Source of the DNA: Takakia lepidozioides
Lineage: Eukaryota > Plantae > Bryophyta
Reading direction: 5' to 3'
Assembly: GCA_030704615.1 (NCBI GenBank)
Contig: CM060733.1
Span: forward strand, 21,018,001-21,082,000
DNA length: 64,000 bases
Shown: in pieces, positions 50,067 through 61,927 of the stretch
Numbering within the stretch: position 1 is the stretch's first letter
How the letters are laid out: each line of letters starts with the position of its first letter
Program-made: the position numbers and the translations under genes
The notes under the pieces: generated by a model
What the model saw: the letters and a program-made list of their open reading frames with translations, nothing else
What the model was told of the DNA's origin: nothing
Database searches by the model: none

Positions 50067-53024
50067 GTAGAACACTTCTGCTCTGCCATTGTACTTCTTG
50101 ATACTGGTGGTGACATTCTAAGAACTTAGATCCAGCAGGAGATCATAGTTTAGCTTCCGAACCAAGAAACTCTGTGGAATTCTATTGCCTACCAGTAGCG
50201 ATTGTTGTAGACTTATAGACAATTGATACAGGAAGGTGTTACTCCTGACAGGGTCACTTTCATTTGTGCTCTCAAGGCATGTGGCAGCTTGAGAGCGCTG
50301 GAAAAGGGCATAGAGGTCCATGGTGACATCATTAAAGCTGGAATCACATCAGATATTATCCTTGAGAATACCCTCATAGACATGTATGCCAAATGTGGGA
50401 GCATTAAAGGATGCGCGTCAGGTGTTTGACAATATGGCTAAGCGAGATTTGGTTTCAGGGAATGCAATGAGCGCAGGATATGCTCAACATGGGTGTGGTA
50501 GGGAGGCTTTCGAAATCTATGAGCAAATGATCTTGGAAGGGGTGCTGTCCAACAGGATCTCATTCATTTGCATTCTCAAGGCATGTGCCAGCCTGGCAGC
50601 CCTGGAGAAGGGCAAAGAGGTCCATGCTGACATCATCAAAGCTGGAATGGTACCACATATAATTCTGGAGACTGCCCTCACTGACATGCCAAATGCGGGA
50701 GCATGAAGGATGCACGTCAAGTGTTTGACAGTATGGCTCAACGAAATTTGGTGTCATGGAATGCGATGATCGTAGGATATGCTCAGCATGGGTGTGGTAT
50801 AGAAGCCCTACAACTCTTTCAAAAAATGCAAGAGGAAGGCTTGAAGCCAGATGGTATCACCTTTATATGTCTTCTCTCCCCATGTAGCCACATGGGTCTA
50901 GTGGATGAAGGCTGGCTGTCACTACTTTGATTCTATGAGTCAAGATCATGGCCTCACCCCTATAATGCCCATTGAACCACATGCTCCAGTCTGGGGGGCC
51001 CTACTTTGTGCCTGCAGAATTCATGGGAACGTGGAGGTGGCAGAACGAGTGGCAAAATGCCTTCTCTTGTAGGTAGCAGATATTGCTAGCATCTCTTTAA
51101 GTTGGAACCACAAGATGCTATTGGATAAATGCCTTCAACACTATGTTGCAGCCAGCAGATGACTTGTAATTGGCTAGGCAGATGTGGCAGCGAGATGTGA
51201 GCTTGATAGAGCCTGAAACATTCTTTCTGTTGCATGATGCTATGACCGAATGTAAAGTTGGTTTATCGGCGGTGTAGGCTACGAGCATGTGGAGGATAGC
51301 AGTGGCATTGGTATTGATGGAGTAACGTGAACAGAGGTGGTAGGGCTGGCGCTTGGACTGGTCTTAGTGCTGCTAAGCAGATCGGCTCCTGTCAGTTCTA
51401 CGATTCAGCCTTTGAGCAGTGCCGACAAACTAGTCGCCAAATTGTAGAACACAGAGGGTCATTTGCGAGGTACAATCACAATCTTCCTGAATGTGGCGGT
51501 CTTCCATTTTTCTTGACATGAGAAAGACTACTTGGTATTTGATGGAATTTCAGGGTACATAATGGTTCGCATTTTCCTTGCTAGACATGCACATCAGATA
51601 ATTCGAGAGTGTCAGTCAGACTCTACTCCAAAGCCTGAATCAAGTAGGAATTCAAGTGGACCACAATTTGAGATTAAATTGGCCACATTTGAGGCCGATT
51701 CTTTTTCCACAGATTTTCTCCTTTTCTTTGGGGTAAAAGGGGAGTTGGAGATGCCGGGAGGTCCTGACTCCTTACTCCAAATTTCCTGGTATAGTTGGCT
51801 GATTATGCATTCTGCCTGTGTCTCTTCGGTCAAGCCACAATGATGTCAATCCGATCGGACCTTGAACGCCACCAACATTGCAATTGAGAGATGGCACCTG
51901 ATTGATGTACGAGTGGAATCTTGCTGTAGCCTTATGTGGAGGCGAAATGCATGGTTTTGTTGTAGATTGCATTATCTGTAGGTGCACATGTTCTTATCGA
52001 TATGTCCAAAAATGTTGAATGTGTAGTACAACTTGGGACGAGGTCTGGGTTTTGGAAACAAGAAAGAATGTTTTTTTCTAAAACCTCCACAGGGGCTCTC
52101 AAGGGCCCCTGGGAACAAAGTAGAACAACAAGAAAGCACTTCAGAAAACATCAAAACATGCCTGAAAATAAAGTGCCTCATGCGGTGCTGCTGCCAGGCA
52201 CCTCCTCCTCAATGCTTAAACCGTCAAAGCTTAAACCGTCTCCAAAGACTCAGGGGGAAGAGAGGGATTGAAATATGAAATGAAATGGTACTTTACAACG
52301 TCCATGGAAAGCTCAAAGAGCTTAGTGGACAAGAAAGAAACAAGAAAGAGAGGGGGGCCCTCCACCAGCAGCCCAAAAGCAATTATGCATATTCACTAAG
52401 ATGGAAGGCCTCATGCAGATATGTTGACAAGCATTTCTGATCATCATAATGAAAGACCTCAGCAAGGGGTTTGGACACGCAATAGTCTTGTCCCCGATCT
52501 CACACCAGTCTCAATCTCCTGTCTGTCATGACTAGTGCAAGTTGTGCACTCGCTACCAGTACGCGACCCCATCCCAACCCACACTGGACCTTCCCGATGC
52601 CCAAAGAAGAGATGTAGATAGAGAGTTACAAACAAGTAATTGGGTGATTGTATTAGGCTTTGGAGATGATAAGCAAACCCAATAGGAAGGTTGTTGCACA
52701 CTATGAGCACATTGCTGAAACTCTAGCAACAAGAGGTTCCGTCAGCTCCCCTCTCATAAGCTAGTTGTGTTGTGTTTGGAAAAAATTTCCAGACCACCTG
52801 TATTTTGTGGCCGTAGGGACAGGCCGAGTCGCTCCATGAAATTAGAGATCCGAGGGTACCAAAAGGTCTTGAAACCCAGCTGCTTTGACTCTCATAGAGG
52901 TTGTGCTGGCATGGACTGCCAGCCATTTGGAGGCAGAGATGGCAATCTTGTCGACAAGATTGAGAGTCAAAATATGGCTTTGAGTTCAAGTGGTACGCAA
53001 GCAAATGAAGCATGGAAACCTGAG

Positions 53025-53309
53025 ATGGTGTTGTACCTCTAGCCCCAGGCATTCCTTGGAGTACAGATGCTTGTATGGGTTCCAGATTTTTCTACCACCA
53101 AGGAACCAGTACCCCAAATGAAGCATGGTGTTGTACTTCTAGCCCCAAGCATTCCTTGGAGTACGGATGCTTGTATGGGTTCCAGATTTTTCTACCACCA
53201 AGGAACCAGTACCCCAAATGAAGCATGGTGTTGTACCTCTAGCCCCAAGCATTCCTTGGAGTACGGTGTATGGGTTCCAGATTTTTCTACCACCAAGGAA
53301 CCAGTACCC
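53025..53309. repeat. 100-bp tandem repeat, ~2.8 copies
   Basis: ATGGTGTTGTAC...CCCCAAATGAAGC units start at 53025, 53125 and 53225. Confidence 0.93.
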
Positions 53310-53559
53310 GAGGGCCCAGATTTGCAGCCACAAATGACAGCAGGGGTCACAACTGAGTCAAGAAGTCACTTCCTCGTGGGAGGGTGAGGGTGACGTTGAT
53401 GGATTTTACCTGTAAGTTCTAGGTTGGCAGCCTTTCCCTTCGTCAATCTGTTTGTAGTTGTAGCTGCAAACTCCAATTTTGGTGCGTGAGTAACCACTCC
53501 AGAAATGTGTACAAATTAATGCCCTCGAGCTCTAGCTGGTTGCAGGGGAATGTCCAATC

Positions 53560-53850
53560 AGCAAAACTATGATCTTTGTCTTGTTGACATGGACCTGTAT
53601 TCCATAGTCATTCGCAAACTCCTGTAATATGCATTGTGCTGATAGGACGACATTGTTCGAATAAAGAAGCAATGATGTGTTGGACCCCCATCCAAACCAC
53701 ACTCCATGATTCTTTTCGATTTCCAAAGCATTTATGTACAGTCCAAAGAGGGTAGGTGATAGAGAACAGTCCTGTTTCACCCGAACATTGCTATGCACTT
53801 CTTCTGAGAACTCCCCTGCCACCTTGACCGTGCCATTGACAGACTCAAAG
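53560..53850 (-). mobile_element. LINE reverse-transcriptase fragment
   Basis: VKQDCSLSPTLFGLYINAL (degenerate GVKQGCPLSP), LLLYSNN (degenerate LYADD) and GIQVHVNKTKII. Confidence 0.8.
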
Positions 53851-56095
53851 ATGCAGAAATGGCCTAAATGATGTCCTGAGGTGTGTAGTCTCTTCCGAAG
53901 TTGGCTCAAATCAAAAGGCACTGGACTTTTTGAAATAGGGTTGAATTTGACAGATTGCTTGTCTGGCTTGCAAGGTAGGTCGGAATCGGGTTCTACAGAA
54001 ACTGCGGCTGTCATGTGAGCTTACATCTTCTTTGGGTGCCCCTTCACACCACAACAGGTTGCAACTTTGAAATCATTCACCTCTTTGTTCTCACCTACTG
54101 GCAGTTATTGAGAAACTGTGTAGTAGTCATTCTAACAGACAGGTGTCTAGCTTTGGGCAAGGAATTGTAAAACTGCAGCATTACAGCCAAGTGGAGCACC
54201 TCTATATTGTTCATTCATCTGGCAGGTGCTTTGATCTTTCTCTGGTTGAAGGTTTAAGTTGATGCTGTAATCATTGGTTTCATTCACATAGGGTAGAGTC
54301 TTCCCCACTTCTCCCCTACAAACAAGGTGGGCCTAAATGAAGCTTCTAGTTGAGGTGAATGCAGGGCTTCTTAGGCTGTTGGACAGGCTGCTCTATCTCT
54401 CAGGAACGTACACAGTTGGGGTGATTGTCGGCGATGTAACCATGGTACTATGTCTTTCCATTCTGCCATAAAGCACTTCAACCTGCAATCCATTTGTACA
54501 TTGATAGGATCATTAAGATTGGCAAGTGGTGATGATCTAGAATATTCTCTGTAGCACTACAATATTTAAGACTGATGCTAGCCAAGGATTTTTAAAACTT
54601 TCACAGCTGACATGCTGATCTTGAGCAAGTCAAGGCACTTTAGATTGGCTTTTGCATCGGTGCATAATCGGACTGGAAAGAGACATGCTTGAAGCAACAT
54701 TCGGGGACATCATGTGTGTTGTCCGGTTGGAACTCTCATACAATCAATCATAGATAGCTGATAGCCTGTGTGACAAATTGCAACATAATTCTCAACATCA
54801 AGCTTTTCCCATCAGAGGGACTGCCAGTTGGGGTTGCTGGCATTCTAATACTCTACATTTTGGCTGCAGGTGCATTTACTGATCATTTCTTTGGACTGAA
54901 TCCTACATACAGGATGACTGGTGTTCTTTACATTTGTTGTTGGTTTTGTTGGTTTTGTCTGGGAGAGCTAACATGGTCTGTTTGTGTCAATGTGACAATT
55001 TTAGGTCAAACTCGCGAATCTGTGGATAAGAAACTAGATGTATTCCACTATGAATGAGCCCCTCAAATGAAGCAACTCAGTCTGACTGTCTTTGTTCGTG
55101 CTAGGATTCCTGGGTCTATTTACTTCTACACCAGGCCCACTATGTTATCTCCTTCATGGCTGATATTTCAACAAAGAGCAAGACCATATAACCCTTCATT
55201 TTGGAAGACCAGATATACACAACCTTGAACTTAAAATGCATTTCGGTGTAACAAAAGTCTCATTAATTTCTTTGTGGGTAAATATCGCCAAAGAATTGGA
55301 GGTGCTGTGAGGCTTGATTTCCCTTACTTCCCTGGTTGTCAAGTAAGACCTGTGTGCAATATTGATTTCATGGGCACCACAGGCAGATTATGTTCCTTTA
55401 TAATTGTCACTATTACCGGCCCCCTTTGCAGTATATTGGGGTATTTGTTGATGTAAGGCCATTCTCAAAAAATTTATGAAAGTGTCTTGGCCAGGTCTGA
55501 CTCTGCAGAGTCCCAAACAGTGAAAAGTTATCATTTTATAGCCGATGTTGTGAATACATGGTGACGAAGTGGTCACATCTCTATCTACATTGGATGCCAA
55601 AATAAAAGGCTTTGTCGAAGTCCGTCTCTGGCCGTTGAGGTGATCAAACAATGCTAGTTTGGAGTTGTGAAGCTTTCTCTACAAGGGTTTTCACTTCTTG
55701 GTAAGTGAGTCCAAACATTAGTTTCTCCACAAGACCAACACTAAGAACTGGGGAGCTCTTTATTCAGTGATCCAAAGGAGGGGTTACTCTTTGAGAACCT
55801 CAATAGCAGACAAACACTTCAGTAATGTGTGGAGGATGAAACTGTACATGAGACGGATAGCAATGAACCTTCATTGTGCCTTTCAGCAGGAATGTCTAAC
55901 GGAATTTTCAGCTGTGATCTCCATGTACAAAAATGTAAGGGAAGTTTTCATGTATGAAGATAGCTCTTACTCTGTGAAGTGCACACAATGCCTACCAGTC
56001 CATTTTGCTTCCCAGTTATCAAAAAATAGGAGCCAAACAAGAAATCTGGAAAACAAAGACATCACAGCAGTTGCTGCAGGTAGGACTGAACTTCA

Positions 56096-56166
56096 TGCAC
56101 TGGCCGGGAATCGAACCCGGGTCTGTACCGTGGCAGGGTACTATTCTACCACTAGACCACCAGTGC
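56096..56166 (-). tRNA. tRNA-Gly (GCC)
   Basis: GCACTGGTGGTCTAGTGGTAGAATAGTACCCTGCCACGGTACAGACCCGGGTTCGATTCCCGGCCAGTGCA, 71 nt, with an intact cloverleaf, A/B boxes and an upstream CAA motif. Confidence 0.97.
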
Positions 56167-57477
56167 TACTGTTGATGACACTTGAAAATTTTAATAGATT
56201 TTGTATAGAAAACAACGAACATGTATTGACGCAAATCTTAAATATATTCCAAAGCTCCACCCCTTAGGTGGTTGTATGTTCAAAATGTTCAAACGTGAAT
56301 AGGCACATGTCACAACAAATTGAAAAATCCCAGGAAAATCTTGCAGTGGGGATCGTTCGAGCTTGCAGTGGGGAGAATCCGTCACAGGATTTCCAAATCG
56401 TTGGCCGGAAAATCCCGAGTCTCGGGGATTCTTACTTGCGAAGTCGTGGAGCATGGAAATCTGTCCTGATATCAAACGCCCACATGCGATGTCGGAACGC
56501 GCATCAGCCTACTTACCCAACTTGTGTACAGACCACAATACGCAGCGACGTACCTAGGCGTACACATCCACCACAAACATGCATTTCAGAGACAAGAGAT
56601 TGAATCGCGGCACCTGAACATTCATTACTTGAGCGATGCAATGCAGGGTAGGGTCCATCTGCCTGCCTGTATCTGGTGGACATTCTTTCGCAGATAGCAA
56701 CAAGCACTGCAGTTTTTTTTATATATTTCTAAAGAATGTAGCCTTCATGCTCCTCCACTGCATTTCCTGTTCGGCTAATAACAACCATGGTGTAGAGTAG
56801 ACAACAAGTCATTGACTCCACGCACAGAGCAACAAATCGCCCTCACATGAATCCGATGGATCCGGGAAAAGTGAACTAGTGGCTCGACAGACAGGCAGGC
56901 TTTAGACCTCTGCAACTTTTACGTTATGCGAGCTCGCCAATTGGCTGCTGCACTGGACTGAACCTGATTCACGCCATGGCCGAGGGGATGAACATGGCGT
57001 TGCATGCGTGCGATAGGGGGAGGAGACAAGGGCGACGAGGGGGAGCAGAGCGGGCGGGTAGGTGTGGCTGGTAAGGAAAGTTAACACGAGTAAAGCCGCC
57101 GGGCAGACGTGCAAGTTTCTGGGCGGCGCTGCCCGCTGCTGCAATAAAGCGCAGCCTGAGGAATAAAATCACGGTAGTTGACTGCAGCCAAACTGCGCCG
57201 CGATCTCTCGCACGTGCCAGTAGGCGGCGCTGCATTGCAAATTGCAATCCGTCGTCTTCTCTCTCCTTCATGCTTTCTTCGACATGCCTCCTCCTACTGC
57301 TTGCTTCCTTATCATCTTGATTCTTCAACCATGTTCACTAGATAGGTAAGTTAATAAGGCCCCTTGTTTTGAAGAGAACTGAAGGGAGGGGACTAGAATC
57401 TAGATTGTAATTTACTGGTGATTTAGTACAGTTTGTTGAGCCTGGGGAGTGGAGCCGAGTGTTGGTGTTTAAAACGT

Positions 57478-58083
57478 TGATGGGGCCATCCACGAGAGTG
57501 AGGTTAAGTTATCGGAGTTAGCAACTTAACGGCTTATATGGCTGATCCATTGTCTATGACGAACTGGAGGATCTGTCCTTGTTTGCATGGCATGAGAGAT
57601 GGTACCACAGTACGCAGGTATTTGGAGGTGAAATCCAGTAAGCAAAGTTCACACGTGGGAGTGATCTGGCATGAACACACTGGATTGCGGCAGGCTTGGG
57701 AGGCTGCAGAGGGTGGCCTTCATTACTGCGCGCAGGCTACCTATATCCATTCCCAGCTGCAGCCAGCCTCCCACGGATGTATGATCTGGAGCAAACCTTG
57801 GTTGTTCGTCTCGTCTGGGGGATTGAACCTATTTTGTATGGGCCATGCCCTGAATGGAGCCTTGGCCTCCTGAGGTATGGGCCTCAGTCCCTTGAGCTTA
57901 CTTGGAACATGGGCCACAACCCAATTTTGGAAAGAGACGTAACTGCGACTACACTGAGTGTTTTTGATGATTAGTTGTAAGTAGTAATTAATTCCATGAT
58001 TAGTGTGGAAGCGTAATCACTCCTATTATGATCAGTAGCAAGGGATTCAATGCGCTGTATTTGAAATTAGTGGGCCCCATGCA
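57478..58083. mobile_element. Possible solo LTR or repeat with inverted ends
   Basis: TGATGGGGCC...GGCCCCATGCA ends. The 5' motif GATGGG..CCA.CCACGAGAGT recurs at ~28130. No TSD was found. Confidence 0.35.
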
Positions 58084-58683
58084 GGCTGCTCAAGTTTCAG
58101 ATCGCAGCTTCAAAATCATTTGCAGCTTGATGTGTCCCTTTCCAATTCGTGCCATCTTCGAATGCCGCTTAGGCCAGTTTTCAGGTGGCTGACAAGCCCA
58201 AGTGGGCCCGGGTGATGGGTAGAGCCCCACGATTTGTTTACGGTTTTGTACTAATGCCTTTCTAAAAAGCTGAAAGGATTCCCTTCTCAGCAACAGATCA
58301 GTAAGAGAGATGAATCATTGCTAATGCTTTGACAGTTATTGGCAGTCATTTGGTGCAGACACTTTGATACGAGATTTGTCATTTCTCAAAGAGAAGCCAA
58401 GCGGTGTCTGGCAAAGTCTTTAAAACAAGGTATAAATGAAATTTTCGAAATTGATAGTTCCCATGTTCGGTGAGTGAACTCAGTGGAGCGCTGTGGGCGG
58501 GTATCAATTTGTATCCAGGTATCACAGCTGGGTGTGGATAAGGGGATCCATAATGAGCTGCCATCCGACATTCAGGGACAGTGAACAAAACACTACATTA
58601 AAATTAAACATTGTCAACTTCGGATCAAAATAAGTTTTCTTACACTATATAGCCATATACTTGGTTACAGAATTCAATCTCCA

Positions 58684-58886
58684 GGTGGTAGCTCAGTTGG
58701 ATAGACAACTGAGGGCCTCCCAGGTGATTCTGGGTACTAAACCTGCTACCTTGTCGGCCCTTCCAGTGAGCGGTGTCCCTTGTACCTCATGCCGAGGTTA
58801 CTATAAAAGAGGTTATTCTCTCCTCTCACTAATAATTAAGGGGCCTGATTTGTGAGCTGTTGCTCCCAGGTGGTTTCCCTTTATTT
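58684..58886 (+). mobile_element. tRNA-derived SINE
   Basis: A box TAGCTCAGTTGG (58689-58700) and B-box-like GGTACTAAACC (58733-58743). The body is shared with 34690-34827 and the end is T-rich. Confidence 0.75.
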
Positions 58887-60549
58887 AAAACCAAAAACAA
58901 TCTGCACCACAAGCAACTTACTATCTAAGTTCTTTTTCATTTTTGAAGTACTAGGATGACCCCAACCAACCCATACCGTTAATCAGGTTATCTTTGGTGT
59001 TTTCCTATTCTTGTATTTATTATAATTTATAATAATAATAATAATAATGCTATCTATTTCACAGGTGGGTTTTCTCAATTACATTACAGGGCTATGGCAC
59101 TGCAGCTTCCTTGCCTTTTCACTTAAAATATTAGTAAAAGAAGAAAAAGTGACAAAATATCAGCCATGCGGAAACCATGACTCATATCAAATACAATATC
59201 AGCAGCATTAACGCCCCACCTTTAAGACGCCCTTATAATAACACGCTGCTAATGCACATCTCGCCCTACCCCACACTGTTTCGGGCGACCCACCCACCCG
59301 CTTCCCGAGACACCCACCCCCCCTCCCAAAACGGACCCACTAAATACCAAGAAGCCCGGATTATTAACTAATCGGACACCTCAGCGACCGACTAATCACG
59401 CCTCCCACACAAGCGCAATCAACACTCAGCTCGTCATTGTGACCGAAACGACAGGGCGGGATCGACTGGGGCGGAACGGACCGCCATGCACTAAATGCAC
59501 GCCGCTAATTGTGAGTGGCCGTCGCCTAGGCCGTCGGCCGGCTCTGCACTATCCGTCGGACGGTTTTGCACTATCTGTGCATTTGCCTCCGACGGTTCTG
59601 CAGTGTCCGTCCGGTGCGCTGGACCGACGGAGGCTGCAAGACGGTCGACGCTTTTGTCCATCCATCCGTCCACCACGTCCGTGGAACAGTATCTGCCACG
59701 TGGGGACGTATGATGCGAACAGCGCACACATGCCCGGGGCACCTGAAAAGCTCGCTGGCGAATTAAGAGGCATATTGTACTAATCCGTAGTGTTTTGTCG
59801 TAATCACCTGCCGCTTAGCGCTTAGTGGGGTTCTCTTCATTCGAGCGGTTACCCGTGATCGGGATTTGTGATGCGGGTTGTTAATGCAGCAAACCGTAAT
59901 TAACGTTGCTAACGTATTTTGATACCGCTGCATCAATGCGGCTAAACTCGCTTATTCTCTTGTATTAATTGTGGCTAAACTGTGTGGCCTGTTTCGCCAG
60001 GATGAATGATTCCATCGACTACTTTTCCCATCCATGCTTCTCCGCAAATGTGACCACCGTTGATTGCAGTGAGCCTGCTGATTACATTAGCATTGCCCCA
60101 AGGAAGTGATCGTCCGTCCCATTTTGGTGTGAAAGATGCTTTGGACGGTGCAATGTTGCCCAAAACAAGTTCGTGGCAACTTTTTAATCCAAGCAAAATT
60201 TGTCAAGCACAAGCGCCGCACCGAAAGACAAATTGTGTTGACATCGTGCCATGTTCGACTACAACTTGTTGCAAGAAATGTGTGGGAATATGAGATGCAG
60301 CCGTACACAGATTTGGTGTGTAATGTGGCTCACGACAAATTTGTGCGAATATTAGATTATCGGCATGCACACGCCGGGATTATGTAAGGGCAACGCCACC
60401 GACTTCATTGACCTCTAATACGATTGAGTATGCCGCACAACCAATATCTTGTCCGGTGCCGAGGCCGAGTTGGATGCCGCTTCCGGTCACAGGAAGCAAA
60501 TTATATCCCATCCCTCAAGCTGCTGTCACACTTTAGAACGATCTTAATC

Positions 60550-60743
60550 CTTTCCGACTCTAAACTCATCCATCCAGATGGACCTGTCCATCTGGCCCCA
60601 TCCATCCATATGGACAGGTCCGAGAGTGACATCCATCCGGATGGCTCTTTCCGACTCTAAACTCATCCATCCAGATGGACCTGTCCATCTGGCCCCATCC
60701 ATCCATATGGACAGGTCCGAGAGTGACATCCATCCGGATGGCT
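60550..60743. repeat. Perfect 97-bp tandem duplication rich in palindromes
   Basis: Units at 60550-60646 and 60647-60743 look identical by eye. Confidence 0.93.
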
Positions 60744-61927
60744 CTCTTGGGCGGGAATATGACGCGGCCAATGGGGGCGTGGCGGCTTTGCTGCGGCGCT
60801 GCACCGGCCGCGCCGGTGGCCGGTCGCCGTACGACGCTGGCGCCAAAATAGAAACCGTTCCCAGATTGGTGGTACCTGCGCGCCACTGTCCGCACGCCCT
60901 GTTCGACTCAACTGGTGCTCCGTCCGTCCGTCCTACCCTACGCGTGGATGAAATCTGTTCTCTTTGGATGTAAACTGTGCTGATTGTGCGGACGCCTTTT
61001 CTCCTCGGACCCAGTTAGGCGCCCCTCTTATTACGGAGAGTTTTGCTTGGTCACTTTTCCGCACAATTATTCGTCGAAAACTACATTCTGCCATCCGTCA
61101 ACTCAATTTTCGTTGTGGAGAGATCCCTCTCATCCCCGAAGTGAGGTATTTAATCACTGGTGTCGCCACAAGCATGTCCGGTTCCAGAGTACAACTTTGC
61201 AACTACCGGCAGCTTCAGTGTTATAGTCCACATTTGTGGTCCAATGCGACGCAACGGAGTTGCTACAATATCGACATCGGCCTACTTACTTACTACGAAC
61301 TAGGAAATGAAAGAAAGGGACAGCTACAGTACCCCCCATCAAACAGTAAATTAAATCAACAAAACAATGGTCCCAAATTGTAGCACAGGTCCAAAGCGGA
61401 GACCTCCCCTTTTATTTATTTTAAATAAAAACATTAAAATGTGGAGAGTGCGTGGGTTTCCTAGTCAGCAATCAATCGAGGGATCCTGTGTGATTGGCAC
61501 TTTTCATCCATGGATGAAACATGCACGCTCCCGCAACCGGTCATCCACATTACCGTTATGGGGGGCGCAGGGTGAGCAGGGGTCCCACCAGGTGACCCGG
61601 CGGCGGGTGGCAGTTTCTGGTCGGCTGAAGGATTGGGCGACCCCGCGGCCCGGACAGGATGAGGCAACTGCTTCGGGCCCGCGCCAACGACCATGGGCTC
61701 CACGTTGGCGCACCGGCTGCTGCCGGTCCCGGTGCCCCGGCGATGGGTATTCCGGCGCGGGCTATGTAGCCTGCCTAGGCGTAGCCGCGGGGAGAGTTGG
61801 ACTACAAAACCGGCCGCGCTGTCACTGTGTCGCAGTCGCCTCGCAGAGTGCGGGCTGGGAAGCAAGGCCGGGCTGTAGAGGCAGGCTGAAGCACCGACAT
61901 TGCTGTGTCGATCTCGCTTCTGTGAAT

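Larger units (their letters stand above)
48938..51072 (+). pseudogene. Disrupted PLS-class (E-subgroup) PPR gene fragments
   Basis: [73 protein letters not shown] and E-motif [23 protein letters not shown]. Several frameshifts and two insertions. Confidence 0.9.

Noticed and set aside
53025-53309. CRISPR-like array
   Set aside because: The units are contiguous and near-identical with no spacers, the context is eukaryotic, and there are no cas genes.
56025-56095. tRNA-Gly-snoRNA (C/D box) dicistron
   Set aside because: A C-box-like GTGATGT is present, but there is no CTGA D box before the T-run terminators.
60544-60973. ORFs with repeated peptide segments
   Set aside because: By-products of the 97-bp tandem repeat.
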